Made by a program: the position numbers and the translations under genes. The notes beneath the pieces were generated by a model. That model made no database searches and was not told where the DNA came from. It saw nothing but the letters and a program-made list of their open reading frames with translations. A stretch of DNA of 64,000 bases from a virus: positions 58,392-122,391 of IMG/VR virus record IMGVR_UViG_3300030085_004825. One strand, given 5' to 3'. Shown here piece by piece: positions 46,985 to 55,790 of this stretch (positions within the stretch are counted from its first letter, which is position 1; every line of letters begins with the position of its first letter).

Positions 46985-48583
46985 ATGCCAATTTTAAATT
47001 ATACAACCGAAGTAAAAGAACTAATGCTTTCTATGTCATTAGACGTATTTTCGTCTTCAATTTCTAATGTAAATATAGGATTTGGTCATAGACAAGGTTA
47101 TAGTGGATCTATTTATCCTAGTAGTTCTTTTAGTGGGTCTGTAATATTACCATATGACAGTAATACTATAATTCCTTCTTTAACTCCTGCTATTAAAATT
47201 TTATTACCTTCTTCCTCTTATTTAGATACTGGATCTAAAGTTTCAGCTTCTTTAGGTGCTTTAACTACTAAATATGAAGTAGGAGGAACACATAACCCAA
47301 ACCGTTATGAATTACAATTTGTAGAAAATGCAACTGGTTATTCATCTTTTCCTTGTAATACAACAGATTGTTATCCTGGAGAGGTATTTTGGACGTTTGA
47401 TTTTGTTAGTGTTAATAGCCCAACTTCTTTTAGCCCTAGTAATAGAAATTTACATAGACCTTTAAAAGGGGGTATATCTATTTCTTCTACATCTAACACA
47501 ACTCCTTTCGCTTCCCAAGGAAGTATGGGAACAATGGGAGGAATAACTCAAGACTCAGCTTCTAATGCTTTAGTAGGATTAACTAATAACCACGTAGTAA
47601 TTAGAGATGCTTTTTATACAAATCAAAGAACATTAACAAACCCACAAAATGAATATGATCTTTTAGATCCTAGTGGTAATAGTTTTGGAACTAATACTCC
47701 CCCTACTTCATATACACAATTAGTATATCAAGATGCTGAAACAGGAGCTGCAAATAGTGCTAAAGAAATAGGTAGAGTTATTAGATATGTACCTTTATAC
47801 ACATCAGCTTCTACTGTAACCTCAAATGGTGCTCTTACTAATAAAGTAGATGGAGCGATATTTTCACTATATTGTTCTTCAAGTACATCAACTATTATAG
47901 ATTTTACTTCTTCATACCAACAATTAGGATTTACTAGTGCTTCTCTTTTTACCTCCTCTTTACCATTTGCAACTACTAATGAAATAGATGGTATGATTAA
48001 CCCTACAAGTTCATATTATAACCCACCATTATACTCCTCAGGAAGAACAACTGGCCCTAAAGGAGAAGACCCTTGCCCATTACGAATTTCAGGATTTACT
48101 AATGCTATAGTAGGATATAATTTACAAGGAAATACAGTACCTGCATTTTTTGAAGATTTAATTGAATTTGTTAAACCTGAAGATAGTGGGTCTTATGCCG
48201 TTACTTCAAGTACAACTTCTACAGTATGCCCTTGGCCAGGTTGGAAGGGGGATTCAGGGTCTACTTTAATAGCAGATTTTAGTGGAAGTTATAAAATAAT
48301 AGGCTTAGTATTTGCAGGAAATGGAGGTATAGTAGGTTCTGTTAGTGTTGGTAGCCAAACTTTCCCATTATATCAGGCTTCTAGTCATGGATTAGCTTGT
48401 AGAATAGATCATGTAGCTTCTGAATTAGGAATAAAAGCATGGACTGGTAGTGTTGCCCCTGTAGTTGATCATGATACAATAGATTATAGAACAGTATCAG
48501 GAAGTAATGATACAAAAATATTAAATTGTAGTGGTTCTAATTTTTATCAAGTAGGATTAACTACAAACCATAAATTTTGTTAA
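46985..48583 (+). CDS. trypsin-like serine protease domain protein
   Basis: GTMG, LTNNHV (His), VDGA (Asp), GRTTG, GDSGS (Ser) and GLVFAG motifs. Confidence 0.8.
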   Translation: MPILNYTTEVKELMLSMSLDVFSSSISNVNIGFGHRQGYSGSIYPSSSFSGSVILPYDSNTIIPSLTPAIKILLPSSSYLDTGSKVSASLGALTTKYEVGGTHNPNRYELQFVENATGYSSFPCNTTDCYPGEVFWTFDFVSVNSPTSFSPSNRNLHRPLKGGISISSTSNTTPFASQGSMGTMGGITQDSASNALVGLTNNHVVIRDAFYTNQRTLTNPQNEYDLLDPSGNSFGTNTPPTSYTQLVYQDAETGAANSAKEIGRVIRYVPLYTSASTVTSNGALTNKVDGAIFSLYCSSSTSTIIDFTSSYQQLGFTSASLFTSSLPFATTNEIDGMINPTSSYYNPPLYSSGRTTGPKGEDPCPLRISGFTNAIVGYNLQGNTVPAFFEDLIEFVKPEDSGSYAVTSSTTSTVCPWPGWKGDSGSTLIADFSGSYKIIGLVFAGNGGIVGSVSVGSQTFPLYQASSHGLACRIDHVASELGIKAWTGSVAPVVDHDTIDYRTVSGSNDTKILNCSGSNFYQVGLTTNHKFC

Positions 48584-48604
48584 TTAAATAAAAAATAAAA
48601 AAAT

Positions 48605-51112
48605 ATGAATTATACTGTATGCTTAGATGCAACCACTATAGGATTTGATATTAATAACTTATCAGGTAATGGGTTTAGCATATATACTAATATTGATGGG
48701 TTTATTACTCCTATAGCACAAAATGTTCCTTCTAGTGAACTATTTGCACCACCTTTAGGAGAGTGTCCCTTTACTATTACTAATGTTCCTTCTGGGTCTA
48801 CCCAATTATTAATAATAGACCAGTGTAATTCTACTGTTTCTTCTAGTGTATCTATTAATTTTTCTGCTAGTATATCTTCTGCAACTTCTAGTCTTATAGA
48901 TACTACTTGTTGTTATTCTTTAATAGATATTGAATCTTGTGGTACTGGAAGTAATAGTTGGTGTAATGAATGTAATATAGGATTTGATACTATATCAACT
49001 TCCCCAGTAGGAAGAATTATAGCAGGAGATTTACAAAGTTCTTGTGGTACTGTTACTGATTATGTTATTGGGTGGTATAGAAATAATGATTACTCATCCC
49101 CTGAAATATTAACAGGAGTAGGTACTAGTTTTTCTTATGAATTTACACATCCCTTAGATTCAAGTACAGGACCTTTAGTACTTGATGGTAACTATGAAGG
49201 TATAATCCATGATATAATAATTGACGGAGTTCAATATAGTAATTATGAGAGTGGATCAGGTGTAGGACAACCTATACCTTTTGAAAGTTGTTTTGAGACT
49301 GTAGTTGTAGCTCCATTTAATTGTGCTAATGGAACTTTTCCTTTACCTTATACACATCAAATTTCTCTCACTGCAGCAGGAAATAATCTTGTATCACCTC
49401 CTGTAGCAGCCACATATACTTTATCTTCAAGTACAGATTATTTTGCTTATAGGTTTGATCCTTTTGAACAAGTAGCAGATGAACTTGAAATTAAATTTAT
49501 TTCTGGAGATCCTAGTTCTACTTCTAACCCAACTTTATATTCTGAGCCTATATATTTAGAAAAAATACAAGCAGGAAATGGTGCAGGTGATAATTTAACT
49601 TCTGAAGCTAATGTTAATAATAATACTTATCCTAAAGCACGAAGCAAAACTATTAAAAGAGTACTTACATTAACAGGATCTTTAGAAAGAACAAATGGTG
49701 ATAAATTAGAAATAAAAGTATCCCCTTTAGGGGCTCAAACATCTTGGCAATTAAAAATGCAATGTTTAGATGAATTTGATTGTAATCATTGTTATTTTGA
49801 TGATAGCCCTCCTAGAAAAATTCAAACTATTACTTTAAATAGAAATACATCATCTCTAGATGACCCTGGCTGCCCCAACAGTACAGGATCATGTGCTACC
49901 CAAAAAATTCAACTCCAAGTAAGTGGATGCTTTACAGATGATACTGGTTTATTTGGAACTGGTAGTTATATATTTGATGGTCCTTCTTACGGGGTAGTAA
50001 GTAGCCCAACTACAGTAAATCTTCCTGTTAATGGGGTAGATATGTCTAATAAATTTACTGTTAGTGGTTTTGTGCCAATCCAACCTATAATGGCAAATAC
50101 AAATTGTGATACAATTGAACCTGGTTGGTCTGGAAGTATTGAAAAGTATAATTCTGTTGAAAATGGAGTATCTACCACTGGTTTGCCTCTAGGTGCTATT
50201 AGTATGTCTTTTAATAATTCTGATTTTTATAATCATTATAAAGATTCTTTAACAACTGTAGAAGAAACATACATTACTACTTATGGTAATATTACTACAG
50301 ATTGTAATGACATTAATTATTATCTTTTTTATGAACTAAAAATCCCTAACCCAGGAGACCCTAATATACCTTGTGGTGATGGAGTTGCTACTAAAACATA
50401 TCAAATACATAGAACAGCTTATCCTGATATAGAATTTGATGATACAAATTACAAAATTCATATCCCTATGCCAGAGGTTGAAAATTGCTATACTTGTTCT
50501 TCTGATATAACTTGTTGTAATCTTACACAACTTTGTAATTATGTTGATGTAGTTAATAATAATAACTTTAACAGTGTTACAAACCAAGCATTTATAGAAA
50601 CTTATCAAGGTTCTAGATTTACTATTCCTTTTGGAACAAAAAAGCCTAAGGTTGAAACTGGTGATATTACACCTAATTTTACTAGTTCCCAATGGCATGG
50701 AATAAGAGTTATAAGTATCCCTAAGTATTCTATGGAAACTTTACCATTCCAACCTACCCCAGGAGGAGATTGGGTAAATTACCCTAATTTATCAGCTTCA
50801 GTTTGTCCTAATTATACCTCATCTAGTTTCCCTAATGGAGTAAATAATGGAAACTTCTTTAGTTATGAAGGAGTACTTTATGGTTACCAAATAATATTTC
50901 CTAATTTAACATCTAGTCTTTCTAATGCTATGAATAATGATTTTGAAATATATGCTAGAGTAGGAAGTAATAGTGGTATTCTTTCCCAATCAATCCAAGA
51001 CAACCCTAGTGCACCCTTACTAATTTATGAATATAGCTCATCTACAGCTACAGTTCATAATGCAGCATTTTTTGAAGGAGGAAGTCCTACATTAGTTATA
51101 GAACCTTTCTAA
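48605..51112 (+). CDS. large Cys/Ser-rich hypothetical virion-associated protein
   Basis: 835-aa intact ORF in the late island. Confidence 0.55.
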   Translation: MNYTVCLDATTIGFDINNLSGNGFSIYTNIDGFITPIAQNVPSSELFAPPLGECPFTITNVPSGSTQLLIIDQCNSTVSSSVSINFSASISSATSSLIDTTCCYSLIDIESCGTGSNSWCNECNIGFDTISTSPVGRIIAGDLQSSCGTVTDYVIGWYRNNDYSSPEILTGVGTSFSYEFTHPLDSSTGPLVLDGNYEGIIHDIIIDGVQYSNYESGSGVGQPIPFESCFETVVVAPFNCANGTFPLPYTHQISLTAAGNNLVSPPVAATYTLSSSTDYFAYRFDPFEQVADELEIKFISGDPSSTSNPTLYSEPIYLEKIQAGNGAGDNLTSEANVNNNTYPKARSKTIKRVLTLTGSLERTNGDKLEIKVSPLGAQTSWQLKMQCLDEFDCNHCYFDDSPPRKIQTITLNRNTSSLDDPGCPNSTGSCATQKIQLQVSGCFTDDTGLFGTGSYIFDGPSYGVVSSPTTVNLPVNGVDMSNKFTVSGFVPIQPIMANTNCDTIEPGWSGSIEKYNSVENGVSTTGLPLGAISMSFNNSDFYNHYKDSLTTVEETYITTYGNITTDCNDINYYLFYELKIPNPGDPNIPCGDGVATKTYQIHRTAYPDIEFDDTNYKIHIPMPEVENCYTCSSDITCCNLTQLCNYVDVVNNNNFNSVTNQAFIETYQGSRFTIPFGTKKPKVETGDITPNFTSSQWHGIRVISIPKYSMETLPFQPTPGGDWVNYPNLSASVCPNYTSSSFPNGVNNGNFFSYEGVLYGYQIIFPNLTSSLSNAMNNDFEIYARVGSNSGILSQSIQDNPSAPLLIYEYSSSTATVHNAAFFEGGSPTLVIEPF

Positions 51113-51118
51113 AATAAT

Positions 51119-51149
51119 TTGGTATACTAATTTTGTCTTCATACATTTA
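51119..51149 (+). promoter_or_regulatory. putative early/middle promoter TTGG-N19-TACATTTA
   Basis: Conserved spacing; upstream of folE2. Confidence 0.6.
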
Positions 51150-51169
51150 ATAAAACTAAAAAAAAATGT

Positions 51170-52192
51170 ATGGGAAAGAAATTTGTTAAAAAGTATGAAT
51201 GGGTAGGTGATGTTAAATCATATAAAGAACCCGAAGAAAATGAAAACTCTATGTTCTACACAGAACCAAATAGAGATTATGATTCTAACTATAAACCTAC
51301 TAAAGAGGATATTGAAACGTTTCCTGATTTACAAAATGGCCCTTCATCACTAATTCAAGGGTCTCCTGTAGAAATTCAACAAGTAGGAATTCATAATTTT
51401 AGATTACCTTTAAGATATAAAACTCGAGATAATGGTATTATAGAATTAGAGACTAAAGTAACAGGAACTGTATCACTTGAAGCTCATAAAAAAGGTATTA
51501 ATATGTCTCGTATTATGAGATCATTTTATGAATTTAAAAATGATACTTTTAGTATAGACAAATTAGAAACTGTATTGTCTGCTTATCAAGATAAATTAAA
51601 AACTTTTGATTCTAAAATAGCACTTAAATTTTCATATCCTATTATTCAAAAATCATTAAGATCTGATAATGAAGGATACCAATATTATGATGTTACTTTA
51701 GAGGGTGATTTAAACAAACAAGGTGAATTAAGAAAAATTATTCATTTTGATTTTGTATACTCCTCAGCTTGTCCTTGTTCTTATGAATTAGCTGAATACG
51801 CTAGAAAATATAGAAATAAAGCAACAGTATCTCATTCACAAAGATCTGTAACTAGAATATCAATTGAATTTGATGATATGGTTTGGATAGAAGAATTACA
51901 AGAAATGTGTGCTAAAGCATTGCAAACTGAAACACAAGTAGTAGTAAAAAGAGAAGATGAAATGGCATTTGCTGAGTTAAATGGATCATATTTAAAATTT
52001 GTAGAAGATGCTGCTAGATTATTGTATGAGCAACTAATTAATGATAAAAGAATAAAAGACTTTAGAATCATATGTTCCCACCAAGAATCACTCCACTCTC
52101 ATGATGCTGTTTCAGTTATATTAGCTCCTAACAGTAAATTTTCTAGAGATATTCCACATGAGTTATGGTCAAGTTTAATCCATATCTCTTAA
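51170..52192 (+). CDS. folE2: GTP cyclohydrolase I type IB
   Basis: PDLQ, VGI, KGINMSR, SACPCS, HSQRS, VKREDE, FVEDAAR and ESLHSHDA motifs. Confidence 0.92.
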   Translation: MGKKFVKKYEWVGDVKSYKEPEENENSMFYTEPNRDYDSNYKPTKEDIETFPDLQNGPSSLIQGSPVEIQQVGIHNFRLPLRYKTRDNGIIELETKVTGTVSLEAHKKGINMSRIMRSFYEFKNDTFSIDKLETVLSAYQDKLKTFDSKIALKFSYPIIQKSLRSDNEGYQYYDVTLEGDLNKQGELRKIIHFDFVYSSACPCSYELAEYARKYRNKATVSHSQRSVTRISIEFDDMVWIEELQEMCAKALQTETQVVVKREDEMAFAELNGSYLKFVEDAARLLYEQLINDKRIKDFRIICSHQESLHSHDAVSVILAPNSKFSRDIPHELWSSLIHIS

Positions 52193-52201
52193 ATAAAAAT
52201 T

Positions 52202-52798
52202 ATGAAAAAAGAAATACCAACTCACGACCCACAAACAGGTGAATTAAATCCTCATTATGAAGAATTAACTGGAAGGAGAAATCCTTTACAAACTGTTCTT
52301 TCAAATTTTAATAAATCAAATAACCCATTTAAATATGTCCCATTTGTAAGTGAAGTAGAGGAATTTAACCATACAATGGGTAAACCAAACAACTATGAAC
52401 CAACAATCCCAGAAAAAAAGGAATGGCAGTTTGTATATGACTTCATCCTTGAAGAGCTCGAAGAGTATAAAGAAGCATGCGAAACAGGAAACATTACTGA
52501 AGTTCTTGATGCTTTATGTGACATTGCCTATGTTTCGTTGGGCAACGGCACTATGTTACATGGTCTTAAGGATCAAATATGGCCCGCGTATCAAGAAGTA
52601 CAAGCATCGAATATGTCAAAAGCTTGTTCTAGTGAAGAAGAGGCACAAGAGACCGTTAGAGTACGTTCCGAAGAGCAAAAGGAAGCATGTCACTATGAAA
52701 AGGTTGGAAAGTATTATATCGTCTATAGAACACGTGATAGAAAAGTAATGAAAAATATAAATTATTTTAGACCAAATCTAAAACAATTTTTAAAGTAA
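52202..52798 (+). CDS. MazG-like (all-alpha) nucleotide pyrophosphohydrolase
   Basis: EELEEY...EVLDALCD..YV and EVQASNMSK motifs. Confidence 0.8.
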   Translation: MKKEIPTHDPQTGELNPHYEELTGRRNPLQTVLSNFNKSNNPFKYVPFVSEVEEFNHTMGKPNNYEPTIPEKKEWQFVYDFILEELEEYKEACETGNITEVLDALCDIAYVSLGNGTMLHGLKDQIWPAYQEVQASNMSKACSSEEEAQETVRVRSEEQKEACHYEKVGKYYIVYRTRDRKVMKNINYFRPNLKQFLK

Positions 52799-54562
52799 AT
52801 GTATAAAAAGTGTTTTGCTGAATATAAAAGTTATAATAAATACCTGATCCATTTATGGACGGATGAGGGCTATTCTACCACTGAATGGTCCTCTCCTGCT
52901 TATATTGAATGTGATGAAAGTGAAGCAAAATATAAAGGTTTAAATGGTGAACCATTAAAAAAGATATATAAATGGAAAAGAGATATGGATGGTCTTCATT
53001 TTCATGATATGTCACCTTATCAAAATTTTTTAATTGATAAGTATGGAATTAATGATGAACCATCAACCACTCATAAGGAAATATTTTTTGATATAGAGAT
53101 TGAAATGGGAGATGCTTTAACTCCTGAATATATTCAATCTGCACCTAAAAAAGTTACTTCAATTGCTTGGTATTTTAAACAAGAGGATGAATGGAAAATT
53201 ATAATACTAGATCCTAAACAACAAATTCAACCAACAGTAAATAAAAATAAAGAAATAATCCCTGTTTACAATGAAGAAGTGTTACTATCTAAATTTCTTA
53301 CCTACATGAGAGAACTAGACCCAGACATTCTTATAGGTTATAATAGTGATTACTTTGATATCCCTTACTTATATTATAGAATTAAAAATGTATTAGGTGA
53401 AGAAATGGTAGAGTATTTATCTCCAATTCAACAAGTTAAAGAAAAACGTAGTTTTAGAACAGGTGAAATTTATGATTCTAAACAACCAATTGAAATAGCA
53501 GGGGTTGAGTCACTTGATTATATGCGTTTACATAAAAAATATAGTTGGGAAGATGAACCAAGTTGGAAATTAGATGCATTAGGTGAAAAGTATGCTGGTT
53601 TAAATAAAATAGAATATAATGGTTCTTTGGATAGATTATTTGAAGAAGATATTGAAACATTTATAGAATATAATTTTCGTGATGTTGAAATTTTAGTTGA
53701 ATTAGATAAAAAATTAGAATATTTAGCACTAACTAAAAACTTATCTCATAAAGGTAAACATAACTATGGAGAAGTATACCACAATACAGTTACACAAGAT
53801 GGTGCTATTTCAGCTTACTTATTATCTGAAGGTATAATTCCTCCTCCTAAAGAAAAACATCAAGAAAAGAAAAAAGGTTATGCGGGTGGCTATCTATTTT
53901 GTCCTAAAGCAGGTATTTACAAGTATATGTTTGATGAAGATTTAACTTCACTATACCCTTGTATTATTATGTCTTTAAATATAGGTAAAGAAACAATGGT
54001 AGGTAGAATTGTAAGTGATACTTTACCTGAAAATTTAAGGTATAGACCTTATATGAATGCTGAAACAGGTTTACCTATACCTTCTAGAAATAATTATTTA
54101 GGATTAAATGATTTAAAGAAAAAAGACCCTAAAGAAAAACTTACAATTGAAAACGCTAAAGGTAAACGTACTCAAATTGAAATAGATGCTTTAATTAATT
54201 TAATTGAAGATATGGAAATGGCCGTATCTGCAAATGGTACATTTTTTAGAACAGATAAACAATCAGTACTATCAATTATTTTAGATAAATGGTTTAATGA
54301 AAGGGTAAAGTATAAAAACCAAATGAAAAAAGCTTATAAAGCAGGTAATACTGAATTAGGTGCTTCGTTTCATTTAAAGCAGTATACAATGAAAATTTTG
54401 CTAAATAGTTTGTATGGTGCAACTGCTTTACCTTCATTTAGATACGCAATGAATAAAGCAATATTAAGTGAAGCAATTACATTAAGTGGATGGAGAATCA
54501 TCCAAGAATCAGCTTTAGCAGCAAATAGACATATTAATAAATTAATGAAAACAAAAACATAA
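52799..54562 (+). CDS. family-B DNA polymerase, N-terminal part (3'-5' exonuclease, motifs A and B)
   Basis: FDIEIE, GYNSDYFDIPY, YNFRDV, DLTSLYP and KILLNSLYG motifs. Confidence 0.9.
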   Translation: MYKKCFAEYKSYNKYLIHLWTDEGYSTTEWSSPAYIECDESEAKYKGLNGEPLKKIYKWKRDMDGLHFHDMSPYQNFLIDKYGINDEPSTTHKEIFFDIEIEMGDALTPEYIQSAPKKVTSIAWYFKQEDEWKIIILDPKQQIQPTVNKNKEIIPVYNEEVLLSKFLTYMRELDPDILIGYNSDYFDIPYLYYRIKNVLGEEMVEYLSPIQQVKEKRSFRTGEIYDSKQPIEIAGVESLDYMRLHKKYSWEDEPSWKLDALGEKYAGLNKIEYNGSLDRLFEEDIETFIEYNFRDVEILVELDKKLEYLALTKNLSHKGKHNYGEVYHNTVTQDGAISAYLLSEGIIPPPKEKHQEKKKGYAGGYLFCPKAGIYKYMFDEDLTSLYPCIIMSLNIGKETMVGRIVSDTLPENLRYRPYMNAETGLPIPSRNNYLGLNDLKKKDPKEKLTIENAKGKRTQIEIDALINLIEDMEMAVSANGTFFRTDKQSVLSIILDKWFNERVKYKNQMKKAYKAGNTELGASFHLKQYTMKILLNSLYGATALPSFRYAMNKAILSEAITLSGWRIIQESALAANRHINKLMKTKT

Positions 54563-54825
54563 TGGCACTATCCCCACAATCAATTAGAAAAGGTGTTCAA
54601 GTTAAATTTGATGATGTTATAGTAGATAAACAAACTATAATAGAAAGAAGTGAATCTTGGACAGAAAAACAAGAAATATTGTTTAGAAAATTTCTTAAAC
54701 AAGGAGGTAAATGTAAAATACAAGGTTTAAAAGTTGAGGTAACACCTCAACATGAAGTACTTACCTCAAAAGGAGAAAAACCAAGTGGGAAAATGGTAGC
54801 ACCTGGAATTGATCAAAGATTTTAA
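54562..54825 (+). CDS. 87-aa hypothetical protein between the two PolB halves
   Basis: TAATG overlap with the upstream stop; ends just before the next ATG. Confidence 0.55.
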   Translation: MALSPQSIRKGVQVKFDDVIVDKQTIIERSESWTEKQEILFRKFLKQGGKCKIQGLKVEVTPQHEVLTSKGEKPSGKMVAPGIDQRF

Positions 54826-54826
54826 A

Positions 54827-55759
54827 ATGAAACATATAGAAGACGTACCGTGGATGATTTGTGATGAAGGTGATGTAAACTACTGTGCCTATGTAGACAC
54901 AGATAGTAATTATTTTCATGCTGAACCTATCCTAAAGCACTTCTATCCTGATTTTGATAAAATGTCTGATGAAGATAAAGATGAAAAACTTGAAAAAGTA
55001 GCTCTTAAATATCAAGACATTATCACAGATTCTTATAATACACTAGCTAAAGAATGTTTTAATGTACCTACACATAGACTTGAAATGAAAACCGAATGTG
55101 TAATCAGATCAGCTTATTTTAGGAAAACTAGAAGATATGCTCAATGGATCACTAAACAGGAAGGTATAGTAAAGGAATCACTTGATATAAAAGGTCTTGA
55201 GTTTAAAAAAGCAAATTTTCCACCTGTATTAGGTAAGTTTTTTAAAGAGATTTTAATTGATGTTTTGAAAGGCTCTACACAAACTGATGTAGATCAAAAA
55301 GTTAAAGAATTTAAAAAACAAATACTAAATGGAGAGATACCTTTAACTAAATTAGGTAACCCAACAGGAGTAAAAACATTAAACAAATATATGGGACGCA
55401 AACCTAAAGCGGGTGAAATGTTTACTCAAATGATTAAAGGTGCTCCTGTAAGTGCTAAAGCAGCTGCTGTGTATAATGATTTAATTAGGTTTTGGAAATT
55501 AAACCAAAAACATTCCTACATAGCACAAGGTGATAAAATTAAATATATCTATTTAAAACCAAACCCATACCAGATAGACACATTAGGGTTTTTAGATTTT
55601 GATTTACCACCTAAAATAGAAGAGTTTATGGAAAAATATGCTGATAGACAAAAAATATTTGATGCTATATTACTTAATAAATTAGAAGGTTTTTATGATG
55701 ATTTAGGTTGGTCATTAAATTTAAACCCATATAAAGACAAGTTTTTTAATTTTAGTTAG
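54827..55759 (+). CDS. family-B DNA polymerase, C-terminal part (motif C and thumb)
   Basis: YVDTDS, RRYA and IKGLE motifs; start moved to ATG 54827. Confidence 0.88.
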   Translation: MKHIEDVPWMICDEGDVNYCAYVDTDSNYFHAEPILKHFYPDFDKMSDEDKDEKLEKVALKYQDIITDSYNTLAKECFNVPTHRLEMKTECVIRSAYFRKTRRYAQWITKQEGIVKESLDIKGLEFKKANFPPVLGKFFKEILIDVLKGSTQTDVDQKVKEFKKQILNGEIPLTKLGNPTGVKTLNKYMGRKPKAGEMFTQMIKGAPVSAKAAAVYNDLIRFWKLNQKHSYIAQGDKIKYIYLKPNPYQIDTLGFLDFDLPPKIEEFMEKYADRQKIFDAILLNKLEGFYDDLGWSLNLNPYKDKFFNFS

Positions 55760-55787
55760 GTTATTTAATAAAAAGTTATTATATTTA
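55757..55787 (+). promoter_or_regulatory. putative early/middle promoter TAGG-N19-TATATTTA
   Basis: Conserved spacing; upstream of the clamp gene. Confidence 0.5.
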
Positions 55788-55790
55788 AAT

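Noticed and set aside
54562-54825. Intein or homing-endonuclease intron in polB
   Set aside because: No intein termini and no LAGLIDADG, HNH or GIY-YIG motif; the ORFs are stop/start coupled. A cryptic intron cannot be fully excluded.
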